Positions 1 through 11,241 of a stretch of DNA of 64,000 nt are shown here, piece after piece. Below the pieces are notes generated by a model, which saw nothing but the letters and a program-made list of their open reading frames with translations, was not told where the DNA came from and made no database searches. Origin of the DNA: Mantamonas sphyraenae STR306 (taxonomy: Eukaryota; Protista; CRuMs); the NCBI GenBank assembly GCA_026936335.1, contig JAPMXV010000006.1:1-64000 (forward strand), written 5' to 3'. A program made the translations under genes and the position numbers. How positions within the stretch are numbered: position 1 is the stretch's first letter; every line of letters begins with the position of its first letter.

Positions 1-172
1 CCTAACCCTAACCCTACCCTAACCCTAACCCTAACCCTAACCCTAACCCTAACCCTAACCCTAACCCTAACCCTAACCCTAACCCTAACCCTAACCCTAA
101 CCCTAACCCTAACCCTAACCCTAACCCTAACCCTAACCCTAACCCTAACCCTACCCTAACCCTAACCATAAC
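1..172 (+). repeat. Telomeric repeat array (CCCTAA)n, i.e. TTAGGG on the - strand; chromosome end
   Basis: Continuous CCCTAA hexamers from base 1, with two CCCTA variants (~12-16 and ~149-153) and a degenerate CCATAA at the inner junction. Confidence 0.98.
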
Positions 173-443
173 TCATTTGACAGAATTGATCGTCGATCAT
201 GTGAGTCCGGTCTATGTCGTGTGAGTTGTGCTTGTGAGTGCTAGGCTGAGGTGGCTGAGTTGGGAGATGACATGGCGCAGTAGGCAATGGGTGGGAGTGG
301 AAATGTTGCTTGTGAGTGGTCGTCGTCCTGCAACGCCGCGCAGTCAGCACTGCCCATCCGCCTTCAACCAAAATATCACCAACACCCACAACACCCTCCA
401 CCAGTCCAACACAATCCACATACACTCCAGTACCACCACCGCC

Positions 444-3400
444 ATGGACAAAGACTACTCAAGCACTCCGAAACATCAACACACACCCCACACCTACCCA
501 GTGTGCGTTCTGCCTTCCACTCCCTTTTCTGACTGCCCGCTTCTCCCGCTTCCTTGCCTCCTCCATGCCTCCTTTGCTTCCCTGCACTCCTCCCCTGCAT
601 CTGCACCTCCCCATCACCACCGTTGCTGCCTTCTCCGCTCTTCTCCGATCCGCTCTCCCCTGTCACTGCCCTCCCCTTTGCCAGTTTCCCGGTCTGCCAA
701 TCTCCTCCGTTTTTACCTCTCTGCTCGTTGCAGCCTCCCTTCACCCCGCTTCTATCCTGACGGCGTCCATTCCGCCTTCCGCTCACCGTTACCACCCCAC
801 CTTTCCCCTACCATCTCCCCACAGCTACGCGTACATGGTTCCTCCCATGGCTGCCCAGCCGTTTCCGAACATGCTGCCCGTCTCTGGCGTACAAAACCCC
901 TACCAGCACCCACAACCACCCATCATCTGGGTTCCTGTCAACACCCACCCGCAGCAGCACCCCGCATATGCTCATCAGGGCCATCCATACTACGCCTACC
1001 CTCCTCCGCCGCCTCCGCAGCCGCGACAAACCGCCCGGGTGCACTTCGCTCAGCCTCCGTTGCACCCTCCGCCTGCTCAACCCACCACAAACCACAACCG
1101 CGTTCCCAAACGCATCAGCCCTGCCTTTGTAGGCATCACACGGACCCCATCCACCACCTTATCGTCGTCCTCCTCCCACCAGGCCACACGGCAGACTGGT
1201 GACAGCGACGACAACGACGCAGACCAGGACACACCCACACATGACACCGGCGACGTGGAGGACCTGATGTTCCTGAACTTTGGCCACCGTGTACCACGGT
1301 CAATGTCCAGCAACACAGAGTGGATGACCAGCTCACGGATGGAGGTGTACGAAGAAGACGGCGAGGCAAACGACGCAACCCTGCAGCCCGTGGATGACGA
1401 GTTGGACACTCAGGGCCCACTCTTAATTGCAGAGACTGGTGATGCCATGGATGAGGAATACATGCCGCAAGACGACAGTGACGACGACACGGACGGCATG
1501 GAGCAGGAGGGCACGGACGAATGGCAGCCGAGACGCACAATTCGAAGTCATAGGCGACGCAGAGGCCACACCAGCCGACGTACTGGTCCTCAAAAGATGA
1601 AAGGCAGCGGACAGCGCAGGCTCAGGGTCACGGCTGGCAGTGGCACAGAGACAGGAACGTCGAGCACACGGGCAAGGAGGGCCAAGAACGGAGACAACGG
1701 CGCACGGAAGAAATCAAGCGGAGACCAGACGAATGAGTTGCCGAATGGTGTTGTGCGGAAAGGATGGACAAAGGGACACAGCGACGAGCGCAGCCACAGC
1801 AACAAGAAGGAGCACACGGCACTGCTGAAGCACATGCACACCCTGGCCAACGAGCATCCCATCGACGACATCCCCGACCTCATGACCCTGCAGGCGCGTG
1901 TTGTGGTCTGCCATGGCACCCTGTTGACGCTGATCCGACAGATTCAGCTCTCTCTGGGCAACATTCCCCTCTCCCAGAGCGACATGGCCTTCTGCCTCAC
2001 CCTTCTCGGCCGTGATGTGGATCGACATGCATGCAGCAATGCCATCCTCTGCGCTGGTCTGGCCATGGGTGTGACAGAGTCTGGGTTGAAGGTGTGCTGG
2101 CTGGAGGAGCCACACGACCACGGCGACCCCAACTACGCCCTCCTCCACCTGCTCATGACAGAGATGGACACTCTTGGTGACAGGCCCCATCCCAGCACCT
2201 GGGAGGAGCACAAGCAGACCCAACTGTGGCTGCAGAAAGCACGACGCCCAGCTGACAATAACAGCGATCCACACTGGACACAATGCGACTACGACCACCA
2301 CCTCATCACCACCAACGTGGACAAGTGGCATCCCGAGTCTGTACGCAGTGGCTGGAGCAAGACCGGCGACGAGCGTGGCAGCTGCACGGCGCGGGAGTTC
2401 CAGACGCTGCTGGCACACATGAAGGCACGTGCAGCCAAGCACCCTCGCCATCAGCATGCACACGAGCTCCATGCACTGCGTGAGCTCATCAACACTGGCA
2501 GCAATCTGTCCCTGGTGCGAAACACCATCCTTGCGCTGGGCAACGTTGGCGTGCCCCCTGTCGACCTGGCCTTCTTTGTCCGCCTCCTCAGGCCACAACT
2601 CACCTGCCTGCAGGTTCAAGGTGCCATCACCAATACCCTCACCCGCGGCGTCACCACCCTCTCCCTCAAGATCGCCTGGGTCGACAAACCCCAACCCAAC
2701 GACGCCACACTGCACACCCTCCTCCACACCCTCATCGACCGCATCACACCCCACATCACGAACCGTCCAACCACCTTCGACGCCGTCAACTTCCTCCGCA
2801 TTCCCGAGCTTGTTCTGCCCGAGCCCACAGACGAGGAGAAGATGATGGCCGTGGACGATGGACTGCCAGATGGCGTTGCGCGCAGTGGCTGGTCAACATG
2901 GCGCAAGAGCGAGCGCAGCCACAGCAAAAAACAGGAGCACACGGCACTGCTCAACCACATGCACGCTCTGGCCATCGAGCATCCCATCGACGACATTCCC
3001 GACCTCATGACCCTGCAGGCGCGTGTTGTGGTCTGCCATGGCACCACGACCACGCTTGTCCGACAGATTCAGCTCGCCCTTGGCAACACTCCCCTTTCCC
3101 AGGGTGACATGGCCTTCTGCCTCACCCTTCTCGGGCGTGACATGGATCAAATGGCGTGCAGCCGTGCCATCCACGACGCTGGTCTGGCCGTAGGTGTGAC
3201 AAAGGCTGGGCTGAAGGTGTGCTGGCTGGAGGAGCCACACGACCACGGCGACCCCAACTACGCCCTCCTCCACCTGCTCATGACTGAGATGGACACTTTC
3301 GGCAACAGGTCCCATCCCACCACCTGGAAGGAGCACCGGCAGACCCAGCTGCGGCTGCAGAAAGCACGACGCCCTGCTGACAACGACAGCGACCCACACT

Positions 3401-4023
3401 GGACACAATGTGACTACGACTACCACATCCGCACCACCGAGGTGGACAAGTGGCATCCTGAGTCTGTGCGCAGTGGCTGGAGCACACACCCGCACAACGA
3501 CGAGCGTGGCAGCTGCACGGCGCGGGAGTTCCAGACGCTGCTGGCACACATGAAGGCACGCGCAGACAAGCACCCTCGCCATCAGCACGCACATGAGCAC
3601 CAGGCACTGCGTGAGCTGATCAACAACGGCAACCTGCTGTCCCTGGTGCGACACATCATCCTTGCGCTGGGCAACGTTGGCGTGCCGCCTGTCGACCTGG
3701 CCTTCTTTGTCCGCCTCCTCAGGCCACGCCTCACCTACAAGCTGGTGCAAGGTGCCATCAGCGCCACCCTCACTCGCGGCGTCACCTCCCTCTCCCTCAA
3801 GATCGCCTGGCTTGACAAACCCAAACCCAGCGACGCCACACTGCACACCCTCCTCCACACCCTCATCGACCGCATCACACCGCACATCAAAACTCGCCCA
3901 ACCACCATCGCACTCGTCAACGCCTACCCCATCCCCTCGTTCACCCTACCCAAGCGCAAAGACCCTTCCTCCTCTTCCTCCTCCTCCTCCTCCTCCTCCT
4001 CCAAACGCCAACGCCTCGAATGA
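444..4023 (+). CDS. Telomere-adjacent hypothetical protein (~1085 aa) with four copies of an unrecognised ~165-190-aa domain; model join(444..502,825..4023)
   Basis: GCCATGG start at 444. Donor GTGCGT at 503 and acceptor CACAG at 824 join in phase 2 into the 1235-aa ORF frame. Pro/Gln-rich then acidic and basic disordered N-terminus, internal duplication, C-terminal poly-Ser plus KRQR. Confidence 0.75.
1735..3950 (+). repeat. Intragenic tandem duplication, two ~1.1-kb units (~1735-2820 and ~2860-3950)
   Basis: Long near-identical blocks occur twice, e.g. those encoding EHPIDDIPDLMTLQARVVVCHG, WLEEPHDHGDPNYALLHLLMTEMD and DERGSCTAREFQTLLAHMKAR. Confidence 0.95.
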
Positions 4024-4309
4024 ACCACCCTTTCATTCCCACACCTCCCCACCCACCCCTTCCCACCCTCCACCCACCACCCACTCCACCACCATCATCC
4101 AGCAGTGTCACCCACCCGTCCCACCCTTCCCTCCCCACACCTCCCCATCCCACCACACTCAAACATCGCCTCCTTCTCCTCCCCACACCTCTCCATCCAT
4201 CCACTCTCCAAAATCACCTCTCTCTCCTCCCCACTCCACCACAACCTGCTCAAAACCGCGACCCCTCCCCCCGCCACAGCCATCCTTTCCCGAGCTCCAC
4301 AGCTTCGCC

Positions 4310-7152
4310 ATGCAAGCGCAGTCGCAGCGGCATATCCAGCGCCTGCCGGCGTGGCAGAGACTCGGTGTCCAGCTCGATCTCGCTCTACACCGCACGTTCC
4401 ACTCCCTGGCGTTGTCGATTGCAAAGCGTCCAAGAACCTTCCTCTGGACGATCGCGCTCGTCTGCTTCTGCCTCTCTGCGGGCTTTGCCGGATTCCGTGT
4501 CACCGAACCCACAGCAGACACGATTTCTCCGTCCAACAACGGACCCACCAAGGCTGCCGCTGCATTGCAGAGCTACTTTTCCCTGAGAAGCGACTCGATC
4601 CTTATTGTCGCATCCGACGGTGGGCCGCAGTTCCTTTCTGAGCTCACCAAATTCCTCAACGACTGGACACACCCAACCGTCACCATTGACGGCCGCCCAG
4701 CCACATTTCGCCACATGTGCTCGCCAAGCAACGTCACGCGCACCCGCGTTTTTTTCCGGCCCAAAAGCCCCTTTTTCTCCAGCAAGATTGCCGCGTCCTT
4801 TCCTATGCTTCCGGTTCCCAGGCACAGTTCCAACTCAGCAGCAACGTCACCACCCGTGCGGACGTTGTACCGGGCCAGACGATCACAAATCTTTTCGGTG
4901 CTGGCCTCTTGGCCGATGACGTCGTCAAGCAGCTTCCGACGGCGACTCCCGTGCGTGTGATTCTTCCTCTTCAGCCCGTCCGCCTTGCAGACACTGCCCG
5001 AAACGCCGCCCTCGTCCTCCAGGCCGACTTGGAGCGCGATATCAACTCCCACACCTGGTCATCCACCCAACAGCCAGTCGTGGCCAGCCAATCGGCCTTT
5101 TACGGCGTCGACGCAAACGCCCTCACCGCTTTCGTCATCTACATGGGTCTCGTCTTTGTGTACGCCTACGCCTCCACCCTCAGGGATGCCAATGGCCGCT
5201 TCCGCCTCTGGTTCGCTGCCATGGCCTTCACCTCGTCCGCCCTAGCCATCCTCGCCACATGGGGCATTGCACAGCTCCTTGGCTGGCGCTTTGTCATTGC
5301 GACCACCTTTTCCATGGTCATCTGCATGGGCATTGGCCTCGACGACGCCTACCTCATCCTCAACATGGTCCAGAGTGCTCGTGGCTCTCCTCGCCAGCGC
5401 CTTGCCCACGGCCTCGCCCACGCCGCTCCGGCCCTTCTCATGACCTCTCTCACCGACGCCGTCGTCTTTGCCATCGGCGCAAACAGCTCCGTTCCCTACA
5501 TCCAGCAGATCTGTACCATCACCTGCGCCACCGTCATTGTCGACGCCGTTGTCCAGGTCACCTTTTTCCCTGCTGCCCTCTACCTCGACCTCCTCTCCGA
5601 CGCCGCCGCAGGCTCGATGCACCGTTCCTGCTCGTCTGTTATGCCCGTCTCCTGCGTCGCCTGCTCCCGTGTCTGCTGCCGCCCAGGGTACGTCGAGACC
5701 GTCGAGGCACGCGCCGCTGCTGTCCTCGATTCTCCCCATTCCAAGTCACCCGAACTGCACCAAATGGCAACCCTCAGTACCACCAGCACAGACGAGCAAA
5801 GCGAACGCACTCCCCGCCGCGTGAAGCTCGCCTTTTCCACATCCCCGTCGTCAATACGCCGCCTGCACTGGATCGCGCGAATCCATGCCACAACCCTGGG
5901 CCGCAATCTGGCCATCGTCTTTGCCATTGTCATTGTCGGCGTCCTCGCCTACACTCTCCCGTCCTTCCAGCCGGGACTTCTCTCCCTCCGCGACCAGACC
6001 TTCCCAGGAGAAGCCGCCCACGACTACGACACCCTTGCTTCCCGCTTGTTTACCCGCAACGAAGACATCACCGCCATCCGCATCTTCAATGACAACGTGC
6101 ATCCCTTTCAGCCGGACTTCCACAAGCGCTGGCGTGCCCTGTTTTCCACCGTCCTTTCACAACGCGCCTACGGCCCTCTCGCCGTCCGAGGCAGGCGCTA
6201 CGCGGACGACTGGCTCACAGACATGTACGCGTGGATGAACGGCTCGCTTCCCACCACTGCTGACGCCTTTGGCCAGGCCCTCGACGCCTTTCTCGCAGAT
6301 CCACGCTTTGCCACACATGTCCAGAGCCTGGTTCTCGCCTCGCCTGCCGACCGCGCCAAGGGCCTTGTCGTACACGCCTGCATGTTTCGTGTCTCCATCT
6401 CCCAAGTGCGCACGACTCCCCAGACCCTCGATGCCGCGCGCCTCTTCTTCGATGACCTCGCTCGCTCCCTCGCCGCTGCCGGCGATCCGGCCATCCTCAT
6501 GTCCTCGCCCCAGTGGCTCGAACTCGACTCCACCTCCGCCATCTTTTCCAAGATTGCCTTGGACCTCCTCCTCTCCACCGTGGCCCTCTTCCTCATCTTC
6601 TCCGTCTTTCTCTACAACGCGCTCGTATCCCTCGTCCTCGTCCTCACCCTCTGGGTCCTGGCCCTGTTCTCCGTCTGCGTCACCTACCTCATCGGCTTCT
6701 CCTTTGACACCCAAACCTCCCTCTCTCTTCTCCTCTCTTTCGGCTCCATCGTCGACTACAGCGCTCACGTCGCCCACCAGCACATGATCGCCGTCCGTTC
6801 CAACCCCAAGCGCCGCCTCCTCTCAGGCCTCAACCGCATGGGACCCGTTCTTGTCGGCGCCTTTTTCTCCACCGCCCTTGCCACATCCTTCTGCATCTTC
6901 ATCTCCGGACCCATCCGCGGCTTCTTCATCCTCTACGGCGTTGCCGTCATCTCCGCCTTTGTCTTTGCTGCCGTTCTGCTCCCGCAGCTCCTCCTCCTCC
7001 TCAACCCCCCTGCCGTCCGCGTCCTCCTCATGCGCTCCATCGAGGAGCAAGGCATGAACCCCACCGACACCCTGCCCGACGCCTATACCGTCGAGCTCGG
7101 CCACGAGCGCTCTCTCCAGGAGGCCCGCTCCACCACCGTCCAGCACCCTTGA
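4310..7152 (+). CDS. Patched/NPC1/Dispatched-like sterol-sensing-domain (RND-fold) membrane protein; one frameshift near 4745-4755
   Basis: SSD motif GIGLDDAYLIL, then APALLMTSLTDAVVFAIG and VQVTFFPA. Second half has GSIVDYSAHVAH. Roughly 12 hydrophobic segments. The N-terminal TM lies in the 3662-4960 frame (ATG 4310) and the rest in the 4717-7152 frame. Confidence 0.85.
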
Positions 7153-7193
7153 TGCAGCCCCTCTCCCACCTGTGACATCACACACAAAGCACA

Positions 7194-8610
7194 ATGCACA
7201 CTTATTCACTTCCTCGCCCACCCCGCCCCGCCCAACCTCCTCCACCACAACAACCCCCCAAAAATAACTTCCCTCACACTCAACCCACTCCACACACACC
7301 TCCCAACCACCTCCCTCCTCCTCTTCCTCCTCCTCCTCCTCCTTCCCCTCCCCGCCCCGACGTGCGCTCAACCCGCCCCGCCACCATCCACCACCACCAC
7401 CACCACTCTCCACTCCTTCCCGTCCTCGTCCAGCTCCGACGACGACATCTCTCCCCATCCCCACGAGCACCCTGCACACCTTTCCTTCACCACCATCCAC
7501 CAGCTGGCTGCAGACGACAAACATCTACCTGTCGAACTCAAGTTTTCCGTCGCAGACAACTTCCAGCTCCTGCGCACTGTCCACCGCAACCAGCTGTGGC
7601 TGCGAAGCCGCCTAGCCCATGTCGACTCCCTCACCCAACGCCTCCAACTCCTCGAGACCAAGCTCGCCGCCTGCTCGCCGCCTTCCACCTCCCGCCCCAA
7701 CCCCGCTCCTGCCTCTCCTTCCTTTGACTGGGCTGCCTTTGAAGCCGCCCAGCCTCTCTGGTTCAACGCATCCATCCATGCCGCCCACCAGCTCGCCACA
7801 CAGCCCGCACGCTTCATTCTCGCCAGCCTGCCAGACTCGCTCCGCGACGCCCTCGCCTTCCTCGCAGACCTTCACCTCAAACCCTGGGACACTCTGCGTC
7901 CTCTCATCCCGCCTGACGTCTTCCAACCGCCACCCTCCGACACCTCTCGCGACTGGCAGACCATCTGGGATGCTGCCCCGGCCTGGGTTCAGCGTACCCT
8001 CTCCGACGCCCGCCGCTGGTTTCACGACCCTCACTCTGCCACCTATCGCCACCTTCCCCAACACATACGCCTTCTCGACGAAGCCACTCAGGAACCCACC
8101 GGTCTTTGGCGCTGGCTCAAGCCCCAGCTTCCCACTTGGTTCCGCCACCTCATGCCTCGCCTCCGTTCCCTCTTTCAGCTCCCCTCCAACCACCAAGACG
8201 ACTCCGACGAGGAGCTCCAAGACCTACCTGCCTTTGATCTCGATCACGAATGGTTCCGTCCCCTCCTCCCGCTCTCTGTCCGCCAGCAGCTCCGCTTCGT
8301 TCAGCGCCTCGCCAAACAGCCCGTCAAGCTCCTCACACGCCACAGCCAGGCCCTCTCTCAGCTCGTAGACTTTGCAAAGGACCCCCACCTTCTCGCCGTC
8401 CACCTCCTCGACCGTATCGAGCCTGCCGACCTCTGGGAACGCGTGCGCGTCCCGGCCCTCAAGCAAACCCACGCCGCCCTCAAGACACACTGCATTACTC
8501 ATCTTCAAAAGTTTGACAAGAGGCTATCCACCTTTTCATCCCTCCGCGACAGGCTCATAGCTGCCCTTGACAAAGTTTCTCCCTCTCCCTCTCCACCTGC
8601 TCCCTCATAG
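7194..8610 (+). CDS. Hypothetical, probably secreted protein; start uncertain
   Basis: The frame ending at 8610 is stop-free from 7153 with host-like C-ending codons and a signal-like stretch LLLFLLLLLLPLPAPTCA at ~7310-7370. The first in-frame ATG is at 8152. The ATG at 7194 is one frame off. Confidence 0.55.
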
Positions 8611-8630
8611 CTTCCCCAAATCAACAACAC

Positions 8631-11006
8631 CTACATTGACTCCTTCTTTCCCTCCTTCTCTTGCTGATGCTGCGCGAAAAAGTATTGCTCAATCGAGTTG
8701 CGCCGACGCAACATGCTCGGCCGCGTCTCATCGTCCTCCGACTCGTCCTCCGAAAACACCTCCTCCTCCAGCCACTGCTCGTACCCGACCACAAACTGCT
8801 CTTGCAGCTCCGTGTCGTGATACAGCTGCTCCACTTTGGCCACTTCGATGTCGTCTTCCACCTCCAGCGTCTTTTCTTCCGCCCACTTGCGCTCACTGCT
8901 CCCTCCCGCGCCAGCGCCCTCACGCCGCCGCTCCACGCGCGGTCCCAAGTAGTTTTCTTGGTTGAATGCGTTCACCTGTGCACGCAGTTCCGCGTCCTGC
9001 AACTTGTACTTCTCCACGTCGTCCTCTCCAATCTCCCCGTACGTCAGCCAGTCGTCCTGCAGGTCCGGCCGCACCACGTTGTAGATTGCGCTGATGATCC
9101 GCATGTTGTTGCTCCTCCACTTTCGCCCCAGGTGTTTCGTCTGGCTCTTCAGCAGCTTCAGCGCATACAGCTGCAGAAGAGGGTGTTCGATCTTCAGCAG
9201 CCGTTTGATGATAATCGTCCCCTTGAACTGCATCAGGGTCTTGATGTACAGCGGCTTCCGTTTCGTCAGCTTCTGCAGCACACGCAGCAGGTTTGCGCTC
9301 GCGAAAAAGTTCCGCCAGCTGTGCTCTCCTCCCTCTGCCGCCGCCCCGCCCTCCGACTCGCTTGCCGCGCACATCACGTCCAGACCCCGCACGTCTCCGT
9401 CCCCGCTCAGGTATGTGTTCAAATCCTGGTTGAAAAACTTTAGGATCAGAAGGATGCAGTTGGAGTCCACCATGTGCTGACACAGACATTCAAACTGCAG
9501 TTCGTGGTTCGCCCGCGTGTGCTTCAGCAGCAGCAGCAGCACCGCAGAGATGCTTTTCACAATCACCTCCTTGTGCCGGTTCACATCTGCCGCCCGATGC
9601 CCCTTGTCCATCTCCGTCCCTCCGTCCCCACTCTCCCCGCCCACCTCCGCCAACAGGTTCAGCGTGCTTGTGTAGTTCCCGGCCGTTGGCGACGCCGCAA
9701 GCAGGATCTTCAGCAAGATGATCACATGGCGGCTCAGGTTAGGCAGCAGCGCGTTGTAAAGCGCCTCCACAGGGTGCACGTCGATCATCATGTTGCCCCT
9801 CAGCGACTGCACGTCCGACGCCGCCTGGCCCAGTTCTGCCTCCAGCTCCCTCAGACGCTTTTGTTCCTTCACCTTCCACACAGGCGTGTGCATGTACGCC
9901 TGCACAATGGCTCGCCCTTCCAACAGCGGCGTTCTCTTGTGCCGCAGATGCACGTCCACGCCTGGTCCAGTCTCCAGGGTCGGCTCCCACTCAAACGACG
10001 ACTCCAGCGTTCGCATGTCATCTTCTCGCGTCTTGGTATCCATACTAGACGTTCGGCTGCCACTGCCGCCGCTACCACTGCTGCTGCTGCTGCTGCTGCT
10101 GCTGCTTCCTCCGCTCTCCCCCGCCTGCCTCCATTCCTCCAGCAGCGCCCTCTTCTCCTCACGCAGCTCTTCCGTTCCTCCCAACGAGTACAGCAGAGTC
10201 TTCCACAGCAGCACAAGCAGCTTCTTCACAGGATACTGCGCCCCTTCCGCCGTGTTTACCTCCGCCAACAAGTCGCACAGCACCACAGCCAGCGGGCGCC
10301 CTTGGCTCACCGGGTTGCTCAGCTCCTGCCGAAACGCCCCGTCCTTCCCGTTGAACTGCACAAGCACAAACAGCAGATTCAGATACAGCCGCAGCTCACG
10401 ATGGTCTTCTGCCGCTTTCGACCCCAACGCACGCTGCCCTGCCGCACACACCATCGTCACAAACACCGTGTACGCACCCTGCTGCAACATACACTCGCAG
10501 AACCTCTGTGCAAACTCCACCTGCAGCACCATCCCCTCTGCCTGTGGCGCTTCATCCGCGAACCCTGTCCGCCCCCGCCCTCTTGTGTCAGCAACCACCC
10601 CCCCCACGTTCACCTCTCTTCCCTCTACCCGCACACACTCACCCAATGCGGGATACAGCAACGACAGCCCGGCCTGCATACGCTTCTCCTGCTGCGCACT
10701 TTCCAACATCTCCAACTGCGTCTGCACGTACAGCCCCTGATCTTCCTCGTCATTCTCCTCCAACCACTGTTGCACATCCGCCCCGTCATTTTCCTCCTCA
10801 AAAGCCTCTCGGCTCGCCTCCACAACCTCCACACGCTCCCAGTACGAGAAAAACTCGCTTACTTCCCGCTCCACCCAGTCCTCGTCCCGGTATTCAAACG
10901 TGTACTCCTTGCCCTGCATCACCGGACGCGTTCCCTCCTTCATTTCTCGCGCAGACGCTCGCTTGGCCATCTCCCGCACCTGCACATCGTACCTGCTCTC
11001 ACCCAT
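8631..11006 (-). CDS. STRIP1: Striatin-interacting protein STRIP1/2 (FAR11/FAM40), STRIPAK subunit
   Basis: Hallmark segments PVKKLLVLLWK, RHKEVIVKSISAVLLLLLKH, NCILLILKFFNQ, NLLRVLQKLTK and YALKLLKSQTKHLGRKWRSNNMRIISAIY. Intronless. Confidence 0.93.
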   Translation of the reverse strand: MGESRYDVQVREMAKRASAREMKEGTRPVMQGKEYTFEYRDEDWVEREVSEFFSYWERVEVVEASREAFEEENDGADVQQWLEENDEEDQGLYVQTQLEMLESAQQEKRMQAGLSLLYPALGECVRVEGREVNVGGVVADTRGRGRTGFADEAPQAEGMVLQVEFAQRFCECMLQQGAYTVFVTMVCAAGQRALGSKAAEDHRELRLYLNLLFVLVQFNGKDGAFRQELSNPVSQGRPLAVVLCDLLAEVNTAEGAQYPVKKLLVLLWKTLLYSLGGTEELREEKRALLEEWRQAGESGGSSSSSSSSSSGSGGSGSRTSSMDTKTREDDMRTLESSFEWEPTLETGPGVDVHLRHKRTPLLEGRAIVQAYMHTPVWKVKEQKRLRELEAELGQAASDVQSLRGNMMIDVHPVEALYNALLPNLSRHVIILLKILLAASPTAGNYTSTLNLLAEVGGESGDGGTEMDKGHRAADVNRHKEVIVKSISAVLLLLLKHTRANHELQFECLCQHMVDSNCILLILKFFNQDLNTYLSGDGDVRGLDVMCAASESEGGAAAEGGEHSWRNFFASANLLRVLQKLTKRKPLYIKTLMQFKGTIIIKRLLKIEHPLLQLYALKLLKSQTKHLGRKWRSNNMRIISAIYNVVRPDLQDDWLTYGEIGEDDVEKYKLQDAELRAQVNAFNQENYLGPRVERRREGAGAGGSSERKWAEEKTLEVEDDIEVAKVEQLYHDTELQEQFVVGYEQWLEEEVFSEDESEDDETRPSMLRRRNSIEQYFFAQHQQEKEGKKESM

Positions 11007-11241
11007 TCTCGTGTCAGCTGCCCGCCCCCAAATTCCCCTCCCGCCCTCCCCGTCCAACTCTCTTCACGGCTCTCCCCACTCTTCCCAGCCACGCTTTCCT
11101 CCGTCCCCACCCGCAGCCCAACTCCACACAGATCCCTTCCTACGCCACATTCTCCCACGCAACGTACAAGCTCTCCATCCTGCAAGAAAGTTCTTGGAAG
11201 CCTTGCCTCTCTCCTCGCACTCCCCAGCCCATCCCAAACCC

